Assembly: GCA_001899385.1 (NCBI GenBank)
Contig: MOYB01000006.1
Coordinates: forward strand, 3,832-38,761
Origin: Candidatus Caenarcanum bioreactoricola
GTDB taxonomy: Bacteria; Cyanobacteriota; Vampirovibrionia; Caenarcaniphilales; Caenarcanaceae
Direction: 5' to 3'
Length of the DNA: 34,930 bases
In this document: in pieces, positions 7,548 through 18,156 of the stretch
How positions within the stretch are numbered: position 1 is the stretch's first letter
Layout: each line of letters starts with the position of its first letter
Program-made: the position numbers and the translations under genes
The notes under the pieces: model-generated
What the model saw: only the letters and a program-made list of their open reading frames with translations
Told to the model about the DNA's origin: nothing
The model's database searches: none

Positions 7548-10500
7548 ATGGTAACTATTAATTCTTCTAGATCTACTAATAATCTAATTTTAAATGGGAC
7601 TGCTCAAATTGATTATATCTATGGAGGTTCTGGCAACGATTATATTTATGGAGGCTCTAATAATGATTATTTATATGGTGGATTAGGTAGCGATTATTTA
7701 GATGGTGGCTCAGGTAATGATAAAGTATATGGTGGAGCTGGTGATGATGAAGTATATGGTGGTTCTGGCGATGATTACTTAAAAGGGGATGCTGGTAATG
7801 ATAAAATATATGGTGGCTCTGGTAATGATTATTTATATGGTGGAATAGGTGATGATTATTTAAATGGTGGCTTTGGTAATGATAAATATGTATATAAATT
7901 TGGAGAAGGTAATGATGTTATTAAAGACTATGATGGAATAGACAGCTTAAATCTTAGTACTTTAATAGGTAAAGTTGAAGGAATTATACAAAATGGAAAT
8001 AATTTTGAAATTGAATCAACAATTTGGGTTAAAAATGGAAATAATTTAATTTTAAATTTTGATACAAACAGTAAACTTACAATTAATAATTATTATCAAA
8101 CAGGAAATATTGAAAATATAATTTTAAAAGAAATTCCAAATGAAGCTCCTGTATTTGTTGGAGATAAAACTGCTGAAATAAATGAAGGTGCTTTATATAC
8201 TTTTACAAGCACTAATTTAAACTTAACAGATTCTGATAATACTCCTTCACAGCTTACATATACAGTAAGTAATTTAATAAATGGTCAAATTTTTATAAAC
8301 GGTACAGCTTCAAATAATTTTACACAAGAACAAATAAATAATGGACTTGTTAGATTTATGCATAATAATTTACAAACTGGAGAATCTAGTTTTGATTTTA
8401 TTGTTAGTGATGGAAAAAATACTTTAGATTCTCAAAAATTTAATTTTACAGTTAATCATGATAATGATACTCCTTTATTTACTGGGGATAAGACTGCTGA
8501 AATTAACGAAGGTGCTTTATATACAATTACAAATATTGATTTGAATACAACAGATATAGATAATACTTCTTCACAACTTGTTTATACTGCAAGCAATTTA
8601 GTAGCTGGTAAAATACTAGTTAATGGAATAACTTCTAATAGTTTTACACAAACTCATATAAATAATGGCTTTGTTAAATTTGTACATAATGGCTCTGAAG
8701 CTGAAAGTGCAGGTTTTGATTTTATTGTTAGTGATGGAACAAATACTTTAGATTCTCAAGTTTTCAATTTTATAATAAATCCAGTTAATGATGATCCTGT
8801 GTTTTCTGGAGATAAGACTGCTGAAATTAACGAAGGTGCTTTATATACAATTACAAATACTGATTTAAATTTAACAGATCCTGATAATACTCTTGATGAG
8901 CTTACATATACCGTAGATAATTTAGTTAATGGACAAATCTTAGTTAATGGGGTAGCTTCTAATAGTTTTACACAAGCACAAATTAATGCAGGACAAGTCA
9001 TCTTTCAACATGATGATTCTGAAACTACAAATGCAAGTTTTCAATTTCAATTTGATGATATAGATGGTTCTTCTGCTCCTATTATGCCTCAGATCTTTAA
9101 TTTTACTGTTAATCCAGTTAATGATGATCCTGTATTTTCTGGAGATAAAACAGCAACAATAGATGAAGGTGGATTCTATATACTTACAAATGCTGATTTG
9201 AATTTAACAGATCCTGATAATACTCCTGATGAGCTTAGTTATACTATAGACAATTTAGTTAATGGACAAATCTTAGTTAATGGGGTAGCTTCTAATAGTT
9301 TTACACAAGCACAAATTAATGCAGGACAAGTTATATTTCAACATGATGATTCTGAAACTACAACTGCAAGTTTTCAATTTCAATTTGATGATATAGATGG
9401 TTCTTCTGCTCCTGTTATGCCTCAAACTTTCAATTTCACAGTTAATCCAGTTAATGATGATCCTGTATTTTCAGGAGATAAGACTGCTGAAATTAACGAA
9501 GGTGCATTATATACAATTACAAATACTGATTTAAATTTAACAGATCCTGATAATACTCTTGATGAGCTTAGTTATACTATAGACAATTTAGTTAATGGAC
9601 AAATCTTAGTTAATGGTGTAGCTTCTAATAGTTTTACACAAGCACAAATTAATGCAGGACAAGTCATATTTCAACATAATGGCTCTGAAACTATAACTGC
9701 AAGTTTTCAATTTCAATTTGATGATATAGATGGTTCTTCTGCTCCTGTTATGCCTCAAATCTTTAATTTTACTGTTAATCCAATTAATGATGATCCTGTG
9801 TTTTCTGGAGATAAGACTGCTGAAATTAACGAAGGTGCTTTATATACAATTACAAATACTGATTTAAATTTAACAGATCCTGATAATACTCTTGATGAGC
9901 TTACATATACTGTAGATAATTTAATTAATGGACAAATCTTAGTTAATGGGGTAGCTTCTAATAGTTTTACACAAGCACAAATTAATGCAGGACAAGTCAT
10001 ATTTCAACATAATGGCTCTGAAACTACAAATGCAAGTTTTCAATTTCAATTTGATGATATAGATGGTTCTTCTGCTCCTGTTATGCCTCAAATCTTTAAT
10101 TTTACTGTTAATCCAATTAATGATGATCCTGTGTTTTCTGGAGATAAAACAGCAACAATAGATGAAGGTGCTTTATATACAATTATAAATACTGATTTAA
10201 ATTTAACAGATCCTGATAATACTCTTGATGAGCTTACATATACTGTAGATAATTTAATTAATGGGCAAATTCTAGTTAATGGTGTAGCTTCTAATAGTTT
10301 TACACAAGCACAAATTAATGCAGGACAAGTCATATTTCAACATAATAGCTCTGAAACTACAAATGCAAGTTTTCAATTTCAATTTGATGATATAGATGGT
10401 TCTTCTGCTCCTGTTATGCCTCAAATCTTTAATTTTACTGTTAATGATCTGCCTTTATTTTCTGGTGATGGAACTATTGAAATTAAAGAAAATACCTCTT

Positions 10501-12542
10501 ATATAATCACAAATTCTGATATTAATGTAATAGATTCTGATACGCCTTTAAATGAAATTAATTATAAAATAACTACTAGTTTAGGTTCTTTAAATCCTAT
10601 ATTAGTTCAAAAATGGAATGGAAATGAATGGATAAATAATGATAGCTTTACACAAGCTGATATAAATAATGGTTTTGTTAGATTACAACATGATGGATCT
10701 GAAGCGTTAACAAGTATTGATTTTTATCTTATATTTGAAGATAATTTTGCTGAAAATATTCAAGTTGAACTTTTTAATATTAATGTAAACCAATTTAATG
10801 ATGTAAATAATAAAGCTATAAATGATTTTCTTATTTCTACAACTAATACAAATAATCAACGTTTTCCAGAAATAAGAAGTTTATCAAATGGTAATTTTGT
10901 TGTTGCTTGGGAAAGTTATGATAATGGAAGTGATTCTAATATAAGAGGACGAGTATTTAATGCAAATGGAACTCCTCTTAATGCTTCTGATTTTCTTATT
11001 TCTACTTCTAATATAGATAATCAACAAAATTTAGAAATAATAAGTTTAACAAATGGTAATTTTGTTGTTACTTGGGAAAGTTATGATAATTACAATAATA
11101 CTTCTGCGGATATAAGAGGACGAGTATTTAATGCAAATGGCACTGCTATTAATACCTCTGATTTTCTTATTTCTACTTCTAATGCAAATCTTCAAATGGA
11201 GCCAGAAATAACAAGTTTAACAAACGGTAATTTTGTGGCTACTTGGCAAAGTTATGATAATGGAAATGATTATAATATAAGAGGAAGAGTATTTAATGCA
11301 AATGGAACAGCTATTAATGCTTCTGATTTTATTATTTCTACTTCTAATACTTATAATCAAGAGGAGCCTGAAATAAGAAGTTTATCAAATGGTAATTTTG
11401 TAGCTACTTGGATAAGTTTTGATAATGGAAATGATTATAATATAAGAGGAAGAATATTTAATCCAAATGGAACAGCTGTTAATGCTTCTGATTTTCTTGT
11501 TCCTACAAGTAACATCTATAATCAACTGAAGCCAGAAATAACAAGTTTATCAAATGGTAATTTTGTGGCTACTTGGTTAAGTTCTGAAAATGGAGCTTAT
11601 TATGGAATAAAAGGAAGAGTGTTTAATGCAGATGGAACAGCTCTTAATGCTTCTGAATTCTTGATTCCTACAAGCAATTTTACTTCTGATCCTTATGTTC
11701 AATGTTATCCTAAAATAACAAGTTTAACAAATGGTAATTTTGTTGTTACTTGGGGAAGTCTTGATAATGGCTCTAATTGTGATATAAGAGGAAGAGTATT
11801 TAATGCAAATGGAACTCCTCTTAATACTTCTGATTTTCTTGTTTCTACTTCTAATACAAATGATCAATATTTTCAAGAAATAACAAGTTTATCAAATGGT
11901 GGTTTTGTTGTTGTATGGGGAAGTTCTGATAATGGTTCTAATAAAGTAAGAGGTCGTATTTTCAATGCAGATGGCAGCGCTCTTAGTACTTCTGATTTTA
12001 TTATTTCTACTTCTAATTATTATAATTGGTATGAACAAAATTTAGAAATAACAAGTTTATTAAATGGTAATTTTATTGTTACTTGGGAAAGTGCTAATAG
12101 TACTACTGGTCTTGATATAAGAGGACGAATGTTTAGTGCCGATGGTACTCCTTTAGGTGATTTAACAGGTATAGGTACAACAGCTAATGATCTTCTTGTA
12201 TCTCAAAGTACTTTAAAAGATACTCTTATTGGTGATGCAGGCAATGATCTTTATATCTTTAGAGATACTTTTGGTAATGATATCGTAAAAGATTCTGCTG
12301 GTATAGATTCTATGGATCTTAATGATTTTGCATATTCTACTGCTGTATTCACTCGTCAAGAAGGAAATGCTAGCACTGGAGATGATTTGTTGATAAGTAT
12401 AGGAGCTAATGGAAGTATTCTTATAGAAAATTATTTTGCGGAAGATTCTGTAAATACTGCTGGTACTGGATATATAGAAGATATAGATTTTATGGGAATG
12501 CAAAATGTTGATGTAGCTCACATTGCTACATTAGGATTATAA
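7548..12542 (+). CDS. Large RTX-family surface adhesin: N-terminal Ca-binding GGxGxD repeats, 8 cadherin-like/CSPG-type repeats, 8 beta-propeller-like repeats, C-terminal RTX cap
   Basis: GGSGNDYIY-type nonapeptides; NDDPVF...DPDN...FTQAQINAGQVIFQHD repeats; NGNFVVTW...IRGRVFNANG repeats; no Sec signal, consistent with type I secretion. Confidence 0.9.
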   Translation: MVTINSSRSTNNLILNGTAQIDYIYGGSGNDYIYGGSNNDYLYGGLGSDYLDGGSGNDKVYGGAGDDEVYGGSGDDYLKGDAGNDKIYGGSGNDYLYGGIGDDYLNGGFGNDKYVYKFGEGNDVIKDYDGIDSLNLSTLIGKVEGIIQNGNNFEIESTIWVKNGNNLILNFDTNSKLTINNYYQTGNIENIILKEIPNEAPVFVGDKTAEINEGALYTFTSTNLNLTDSDNTPSQLTYTVSNLINGQIFINGTASNNFTQEQINNGLVRFMHNNLQTGESSFDFIVSDGKNTLDSQKFNFTVNHDNDTPLFTGDKTAEINEGALYTITNIDLNTTDIDNTSSQLVYTASNLVAGKILVNGITSNSFTQTHINNGFVKFVHNGSEAESAGFDFIVSDGTNTLDSQVFNFIINPVNDDPVFSGDKTAEINEGALYTITNTDLNLTDPDNTLDELTYTVDNLVNGQILVNGVASNSFTQAQINAGQVIFQHDDSETTNASFQFQFDDIDGSSAPIMPQIFNFTVNPVNDDPVFSGDKTATIDEGGFYILTNADLNLTDPDNTPDELSYTIDNLVNGQILVNGVASNSFTQAQINAGQVIFQHDDSETTTASFQFQFDDIDGSSAPVMPQTFNFTVNPVNDDPVFSGDKTAEINEGALYTITNTDLNLTDPDNTLDELSYTIDNLVNGQILVNGVASNSFTQAQINAGQVIFQHNGSETITASFQFQFDDIDGSSAPVMPQIFNFTVNPINDDPVFSGDKTAEINEGALYTITNTDLNLTDPDNTLDELTYTVDNLINGQILVNGVASNSFTQAQINAGQVIFQHNGSETTNASFQFQFDDIDGSSAPVMPQIFNFTVNPINDDPVFSGDKTATIDEGALYTIINTDLNLTDPDNTLDELTYTVDNLINGQILVNGVASNSFTQAQINAGQVIFQHNSSETTNASFQFQFDDIDGSSAPVMPQIFNFTVNDLPLFSGDGTIEIKENTSYIITNSDINVIDSDTPLNEINYKITTSLGSLNPILVQKWNGNEWINNDSFTQADINNGFVRLQHDGSEALTSIDFYLIFEDNFAENIQVELFNINVNQFNDVNNKAINDFLISTTNTNNQRFPEIRSLSNGNFVVAWESYDNGSDSNIRGRVFNANGTPLNASDFLISTSNIDNQQNLEIISLTNGNFVVTWESYDNYNNTSADIRGRVFNANGTAINTSDFLISTSNANLQMEPEITSLTNGNFVATWQSYDNGNDYNIRGRVFNANGTAINASDFIISTSNTYNQEEPEIRSLSNGNFVATWISFDNGNDYNIRGRIFNPNGTAVNASDFLVPTSNIYNQLKPEITSLSNGNFVATWLSSENGAYYGIKGRVFNADGTALNASEFLIPTSNFTSDPYVQCYPKITSLTNGNFVVTWGSLDNGSNCDIRGRVFNANGTPLNTSDFLVSTSNTNDQYFQEITSLSNGGFVVVWGSSDNGSNKVRGRIFNADGSALSTSDFIISTSNYYNWYEQNLEITSLLNGNFIVTWESANSTTGLDIRGRMFSADGTPLGDLTGIGTTANDLLVSQSTLKDTLIGDAGNDLYIFRDTFGNDIVKDSAGIDSMDLNDFAYSTAVFTRQEGNASTGDDLLISIGANGSILIENYFAEDSVNTAGTGYIEDIDFMGMQNVDVAHIATLGL
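7596..7890 (+). repeat. Tandem 27-bp RTX nonapeptide repeats (about 11 units)
   Basis: Recurring tatggtggctctggtaatgat-like units encoding YGGxGxD. Confidence 0.9.
8133..10445 (+). repeat. Intragenic tandem array: two diverged 324-bp units (8133, 8457) plus five near-identical 333-bp units (8781, 9114, 9447, 9780, 10113)
   Basis: Unit starts ccagttaatgatgatcct / ccaattaatgatgatcct recur at exact 333-bp spacing; a diverged eighth unit follows at about 10446..10790. Confidence 0.95.
10824..12158 (+). repeat. Eight tandem repeats of about 165 bp (about 55 aa), probable beta-propeller blades
   Basis: DFLISTSN..NQ..PEI.SL.NGNFVVTW.S.DNG....IRGRVFNANGT counted 8 times. Confidence 0.9.
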
Positions 12543-12544
12543 GA

Positions 12545-13291
12545 TTATCTAACTTCTTCTATTTCAGCATTTACATTAAGAGAATAACGATTTAAGCCAT
12601 CTGTTATGCCTTCTGTTAATTCTGCCGAAGTATCTGCTGTATAAAATTGCCCATCTGTTGATTTTGCAATACATTGTAGTTGTTCTATTGCATTAAAATC
12701 ATTTTTTATACCAAAACCTACTACATTAAATTGTACATTTAAATTATTTTCTCTCATAGATTCCGCTAAAGAACAAGGATCATATCCACATGTATCCATA
12801 CCATCACTTATTAAAACTACTGATTTCTGTTCTGCTGATACAGATTTAAGATCATCTATTGCTCTTCTCATTGCTAAACTTATAGGCGTTGCTCCTGAAG
12901 GTTTAATATTTCTTAATTCATTTATTATTTTAGCTCTATTATTTAAAGCAGGGGAAACTAAAAGTAAAGTATCTTGACATTTTTCAAAAGGATCAAAACT
13001 TGGTTCAGAACTACCATATACACGCAGTCCTACTTTTACTGAAGAATCTAATTCTGAAAGAACTTTTTCAAGTACTTGTTTTGCTGCAAAGATTTTAGTT
13101 TTACCGTTTTCTGCTTCTTCAGACATACTACCTGAAGCATCTAAAACTATCATTACTGCTCTTTTTGAAGAAACAAATTCATCTCCATTTTGATTTTTAC
13201 TCTTCATAAAAGGATTTTCAGCAAAAGATGCTAGGTTTAGATTTAAGAAGAGAAAAAGGGCTAAAATTCTTTTATACTTTTTTTTCATCAT
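12545..13291 (-). CDS. Exported VWA-domain protein
   Basis: Signal peptide, MIDAS motif DASGS, GATPI and LISDGMDTCG; overlaps the ftsH 3' end by 20 nt. Confidence 0.9.
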   Translation of the reverse strand: MMKKKYKRILALFLFLNLNLASFAENPFMKSKNQNGDEFVSSKRAVMIVLDASGSMSEEAENGKTKIFAAKQVLEKVLSELDSSVKVGLRVYGSSEPSFDPFEKCQDTLLLVSPALNNRAKIINELRNIKPSGATPISLAMRRAIDDLKSVSAEQKSVVLISDGMDTCGYDPCSLAESMRENNLNVQFNVVGFGIKNDFNAIEQLQCIAKSTDGQFYTADTSAELTEGITDGLNRYSLNVNAEIEEVR

Positions 13292-15230
13292 GATCTTTTT
13301 CTTTTTTATTTATTTTTTCTTTTAATACTTGTACTTCTTCTCTTGCAAGATCAAAGTTATAATTATTATTTTCGACTTTATTTTTTATTTCGTCAAGTTC
13401 ATTAAAGTCAAGAGTCTCTTTTTTTAACAATTCCAAAACAACTGCTTCCATTAAAATTTTATTTGCTTCTATATAACTCTTTACTTCATCATAGCCATAA
13501 TTTATTATTTGTGAAATTTGTTTATCTATCTCTTGCGCAGTATATTCTGAATAATTTTTATCACTACCAAAATTTCCTAAAAAAGTTTCTTTTTCTTTAC
13601 TAAAGGAAACAGGACCTAAAGGACTCATTCCAAATTGAGTTACCATTCGACGTGCAATTTGAGTGGCATTTTCAAGATCAGCAACAACCCCTGCTGTTGT
13701 ATCATGAAAAACTAATTCTTCTGCAACGATTCCACCTAAAGCAACTTTTATTCTTGTCATTAAAGAATTTTTTGTCCAATGAACATAATCATCTTTTGAT
13801 AAAGACCAAGTAACCCCCATTGCTGTTGCTCTAGGTATAATTGTAACTTTATGAAAGGGCATTTTTTTATCTGTCATAGCAATCAAAGCATGTCCAACTT
13901 CATGATATGCAGTCATTTCAAGTTCTTCAAAAGGAATTGCTAAAGTTCTTTTTACTCCCATCCAAACTTTATCAACAGCCTCATCTAAATCAACATTTTC
14001 TATATGTTTTTTATTTTTACCTGCAGCTATAAGTGCAGCTTCATTCATTACATTTGCAAGTTGCGCCCCACTAAAACCAGGTGTTCTTTTTGCTAATACA
14101 CTCAAATCTACTTCAGGATCTAAGATTTTACCTTTTGAATGAACTTCTAATATTTTTTTTCTACCTTTTGAATCTGGATAATCTATAACTACTTGACGAT
14201 CAAAACGCCCTGGTCTAGTTAAAGCAGAATCTAATACATCAGGTCTATTTGTAGCAGCAAGTACTATAACATTTGTATTTGTTTCTTCAAAGCCATCCAT
14301 TTCAACAAGCATTTGATTTAGGGTTTGTTCTCTTTCGTCATGCGAAGAAAAACCACTAACTCCTCTTTGTCTACCAACAGCATCAACTTCATCAACAAAA
14401 ACTATACAAGGAGATTGTTTTCTTGCTTGTTCGAATAAATCTCTAACACGGCTAGCACCAACTCCAACAAACATTTCAACAAAATCTGAGCCTGAAATAG
14501 AAAAGAAAGGCACTTTTGCTTCACCCGCAATTGCTTTTGCTAAAAGGGTTTTACCAGTACCAGGTGCACCAACAAGAAGTATACCTTTGGGAATTTTAGC
14601 TCCTAATGCTCTAAATTTACCAGGATTTTTCAGAAATTCAACAACTTCTTCTAGTTCTTGTTTAGCTTCATCAACACCGGCGACATCATCGAAAGTAATT
14701 TTTATATTTTGTTCTTTAAAAAGTTTAGCTTTATTTTTACCGAAGCTAAACATACCTCCGCCTGCACCACTACCTCTAAACATCATAAGAAGAAGAGGGA
14801 GAATAATTATTAAAGGAAGAAGATAATTTATAAAATAAAAGAGTAATTTATCACTTTTAGTTATTTGAACTTTAGTTTTAATACCAGCTTCATCAAGTTT
14901 ATCGAGAATTTCAGTATTTCCAGATAAATTTCTTGGAAGTATTACAATTTTAATTTCTTCATTAGCTAAATGTAATTTAATTTTACTTCCACTATCTTCA
15001 AATTCAGCATTTTTAATAGACTGAGGATTATTTTTAAGAATATTTTTGAATTCACTATAATCAATTTCATTATTAGTTTTTTGATTAGTTATATAAATTG
15101 CAAGCATTATAGAAATAAGTGCAAGCATTAAAAATGGAAGATTTATTTTAAATTCAAAATTATCTTTATTATTTTTATCGTCTTTATTATTTTTTTTAGA
15201 ATTTCTCAAGATCTTAAAGGTTTTCTTCAT
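13272..15230 (-). CDS. ftsH: ATP-dependent zinc metalloprotease FtsH
   Basis: Two N-terminal TM segments, Walker [53 protein letters not shown]. Confidence 0.97.
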   Translation of the reverse strand: MKKTFKILRNSKKNNKDDKNNKDNFEFKINLPFLMLALISIMLAIYITNQKTNNEIDYSEFKNILKNNPQSIKNAEFEDSGSKIKLHLANEEIKIVILPRNLSGNTEILDKLDEAGIKTKVQITKSDKLLFYFINYLLPLIIILPLLLMMFRGSGAGGGMFSFGKNKAKLFKEQNIKITFDDVAGVDEAKQELEEVVEFLKNPGKFRALGAKIPKGILLVGAPGTGKTLLAKAIAGEAKVPFFSISGSDFVEMFVGVGASRVRDLFEQARKQSPCIVFVDEVDAVGRQRGVSGFSSHDEREQTLNQMLVEMDGFEETNTNVIVLAATNRPDVLDSALTRPGRFDRQVVIDYPDSKGRKKILEVHSKGKILDPEVDLSVLAKRTPGFSGAQLANVMNEAALIAAGKNKKHIENVDLDEAVDKVWMGVKRTLAIPFEELEMTAYHEVGHALIAMTDKKMPFHKVTIIPRATAMGVTWSLSKDDYVHWTKNSLMTRIKVALGGIVAEELVFHDTTAGVVADLENATQIARRMVTQFGMSPLGPVSFSKEKETFLGNFGSDKNYSEYTAQEIDKQISQIINYGYDEVKSYIEANKILMEAVVLELLKKETLDFNELDEIKNKVENNNYNFDLAREEVQVLKEKINKKEKDHDEKKV

Positions 15231-15376
15231 AAATTAAAGTTAAAAGAATAATTATAATAAGCTTAACGGAAAAATTCAAATTTTATAAATATTCTAAAAT
15301 TATTTTAAGGTATATACCTATTTTTGAAAATGGTCAATTAAATTATACTTAATTATTAAATAAAAATTTTTAATTA

Positions 15377-16330
15377 ATGAAAAATAAAGAAATTCGAATA
15401 GGTATATTAATAGTTTTATTTATAATTTTTTCTTTATTCTTCATGATTTGGATAAAAGGTGATCCTTTTAAAAATACATATGAATTACAAGTATTATTTA
15501 AAAATGTTCATGGGCTTCGTAAAGGTTCTATAGTAGAATACCAAGGTCTAAAATGTGGACAAATTAAAAATTTTAAAGTTTTAGATAATGGCATTATTAC
15601 TTATATAAAGATAGACGAACCTTCAATTAAAATTTATAAAAAAGATCGTTTTATAATAATTCCCAATTCAACTATTGCATCGGAGTTTTTAATCTTTATA
15701 GAAAAATCAAAAGAAGATTCTAAGCTTATTAATAAAAAAGATTTAATTATAGGCGAAGAAATGCCTGCTTTTCAAGATTTTATGGAAGGAGCTCAAAAAA
15801 CTCTTAATAACGTAAATGATTTTGTTCTTGAACTAAGTGCTACTTTAAAATCTGCAAAAATTTCTATTAAAAAGGTTGATTTAATCTTAGATAATGTAAA
15901 TGCTTTAATTAAAGATGAATCTATAAAAAAAACTATTTTAAATCTTTCTAATTCATCTGAGAGTTTAAATGAAAGTATTATAACTATAAATAAAATATTA
16001 AATAAAACAGAAGGAAAATTAGATGCTATTTCTGAACAAGAAATTCGCGCGGCTTTGAAAAATCTAAATGTAAGTTTAGAAAATATAAGAAAAATGACTG
16101 ATTCTATTGATAAAGCGGATTTCCAAAAAATTAAAAATATTATAAATGAAACAGAAGAAATAATGCTTGAATTAAATAGTAAAGATCCTAATGAAAATAG
16201 TATAAAACTTCTAAAGAAAAATTTAAAAAGAATAGATAGAATTTCAACCTCTTTAGAAAAAAATCTAAGACAAAAAAGTCTTATAAAAAATCTATTTTCA
16301 AAAATGGCAATACCACCTGCAGAACAATGA
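15377..16330 (+). CDS. MCE/MlaD family protein
   Basis: N-terminal anchor KEIRIG+TM, FKNVHGLRKGSIVEYQGLKCGQI MCE motif, long helical C-terminus. Confidence 0.85.
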   Translation: MKNKEIRIGILIVLFIIFSLFFMIWIKGDPFKNTYELQVLFKNVHGLRKGSIVEYQGLKCGQIKNFKVLDNGIITYIKIDEPSIKIYKKDRFIIIPNSTIASEFLIFIEKSKEDSKLINKKDLIIGEEMPAFQDFMEGAQKTLNNVNDFVLELSATLKSAKISIKKVDLILDNVNALIKDESIKKTILNLSNSSESLNESIITINKILNKTEGKLDAISEQEIRAALKNLNVSLENIRKMTDSIDKADFQKIKNIINETEEIMLELNSKDPNENSIKLLKKNLKRIDRISTSLEKNLRQKSLIKNLFSKMAIPPAEQ

Positions 16331-16749
16331 AAGAATCAAAAGAATTTAAAAGTCAAATAAGAGTTATATATGCAGATATAGACAAAATGGGTATTGTTTA
16401 TTATGGAAAATATTTCGAATATTTTGAATATGCTCGTGGAGAAGCTCTTCGAGATATAGGCTTTCCTTATAAATTACTTGAAGAAAATAACTTATATTTG
16501 CCTGTTATAGAAAGTCATTTAGAATATTTTTTACCAGCTAAATATGATGATTTTTTAACTATTCATACTAAAATTTATTATGATGAAAATAAAAGATCTA
16601 GATTAAAATTACAATGTGAAACTTATTTGAATCAAAAACTTTTAAATCGTGGTTATACAATTCATGTTTTTGTTAATGAAAGCGCAAAACCTTTAAGATT
16701 AAAAAATAATATTTTAATTAAAGCTCTTTTTGAAAAATTATTTAATTGA
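16327..16749 (+). CDS. Acyl-CoA thioesterase, YbgC/4HBT family
   Basis: IRVIYADIDKMGIVYYGKYFEYFEYAR and YFLPAKYDD; ATGA overlap with the MCE gene. Confidence 0.92.
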   Translation: MKESKEFKSQIRVIYADIDKMGIVYYGKYFEYFEYARGEALRDIGFPYKLLEENNLYLPVIESHLEYFLPAKYDDFLTIHTKIYYDENKRSRLKLQCETYLNQKLLNRGYTIHVFVNESAKPLRLKNNILIKALFEKLFN

Positions 16750-17487
16750 TCTATGAATACAAGAAATCCCGCCTAAGAGATTTTTGTATTGTATATTTTG
16801 CCATGCAGTTTCTTTTAATAAAAGTGCTAATTCTTCTTGATTTAAATAATCTTTTATAGAAGTACTTAGATATTCATATGCTTGACGATTTTTAGTTAAA
16901 AGATGTCCTAGTTGCGGAATAATCTTGACTTTATAAAAATTTAAAATATTTTCAAAAAGCATATTAGAATGAATAAAATCTAATATAAGTAATACCCCTT
17001 TAGATTTACAAACTCTTTTTATTTCTTCAAGACATCTTTTATAATTTGATACATTACGAAGTCCATAAGCTAACATAACACCATCAAAAACCTGATCTTC
17101 AAAATAAAGATTTAAAGCATCTGCTTTTTGAAATTCAACTAAAGAATTTTTAGTAATTTTCTTTATTTCTGCAATTTTTAACATCTCAGGCGAAAAATCA
17201 ACACCTATTATTTTTATTGTTTTATTTGGAAAAAATTTTTTAGAAAGTTTTTCAAGCATAAAGCTCATAACACCAGTTCCACAAGCTAAATCAAGAATTT
17301 TTATTTCTTTTTGAGATTCATCTATATTCTTTGAAATATTTAATAATAAAGATTTACAAGCTTTTCTTCTCCAAAATCTATGTAATCCAAAACTTAAAAT
17401 ATCATTCATTAAATCATATTTCTGAGCAATTTTTGAAAAGATATTTTTTACAAGGAGCGCCTTCTCATCAATCTCTTGATATGACAT
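16738..17487 (-). CDS. ubiE: Demethylmenaquinone/ubiquinone methyltransferase UbiE/MenG
   Basis: IAQKYDLMNDILSFGLHRFWR, LDLACGTG, YGLRNV, AYEYLSTSI. Confidence 0.94.
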   Translation of the reverse strand: MSYQEIDEKALLVKNIFSKIAQKYDLMNDILSFGLHRFWRRKACKSLLLNISKNIDESQKEIKILDLACGTGVMSFMLEKLSKKFFPNKTIKIIGVDFSPEMLKIAEIKKITKNSLVEFQKADALNLYFEDQVFDGVMLAYGLRNVSNYKRCLEEIKRVCKSKGVLLILDFIHSNMLFENILNFYKVKIIPQLGHLLTKNRQAYEYLSTSIKDYLNQEELALLLKETAWQNIQYKNLLGGISCIHRSIK

Positions 17488-17562
17488 ATTTTTTAAAATT
17501 AATTACAATAGAATTTTAACATATTATTTATTAAAATCTTATTTACTGATAAAATATACAAA

Positions 17563-18150
17563 ATGATAAAAAATGATAAATGGATTCTTGAAAAAGTCAA
17601 GGAAAATCAAATAATAGAACCATTTGAAGCAAAACTTATAAATCTAATCGAAAATAGAAAATTACTAAGTTATGGCATGAGTTCTTATGGTTATGATATA
17701 AGATTATCTGAAAAAGAATTTTGGATATTTAAACATATACCCGGTACTGTTTTAGATCCAAAGAGTTTTAATCCAGCTAATCTTGAAAAAGCAAAACTCT
17801 ATGAAGATGAAAAAGGTGATAAATATTTTATTTTGCCAGCAAATAGTTATGGTTTAGGTGTTGCTGTTGAACGGCTTAATCTCCCTGAAAATATAACTTG
17901 TTTGGCAATAGGTAAAAGTACTTATGCCCGTTGTGGAATAATTGCAAATACTACTCCTGCTGAGGCTGGTTGGTGCGGACATCTTACTTTAGAATTTAGT
18001 AATTCTTCAAAAGCAGATTGTAAAATTTATGCTAATGAAGGAGTTGTTCAATTATTATTTTTTGAAGGAGATCCTTGTGCTACTAGTTATGCTAAAAGAA
18101 GTGGCAAATATCAAGATCAACCAGAAAAAGTAACTATTGCTAAAGTATAA
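17563..18150 (+). CDS. dcd: dCTP deaminase
   Basis: SYGMSSYGYDIRL, GKSTYARCG, TPAEAGWCGHLTLE, YANEG, GKYQDQ. Confidence 0.96.
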   Translation: MIKNDKWILEKVKENQIIEPFEAKLINLIENRKLLSYGMSSYGYDIRLSEKEFWIFKHIPGTVLDPKSFNPANLEKAKLYEDEKGDKYFILPANSYGLGVAVERLNLPENITCLAIGKSTYARCGIIANTTPAEAGWCGHLTLEFSNSSKADCKIYANEGVVQLLFFEGDPCATSYAKRSGKYQDQPEKVTIAKV

Positions 18151-18156
18151 AAAATC

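Noticed and set aside
8756-10333. Three near-identical 81-aa minus-strand ORFs
   Set aside because: Antisense shadows of the 333-bp adhesin repeats.
7596-12158. CRISPR array
   Set aside because: All repeats are in-frame coding units without unique spacers, and no cas genes are present.
10824-12158. Diversity-generating retroelement target
   Set aside because: No reverse transcriptase or non-coding template repeat in the window; the variation includes indels and is not evidently adenine-restricted.
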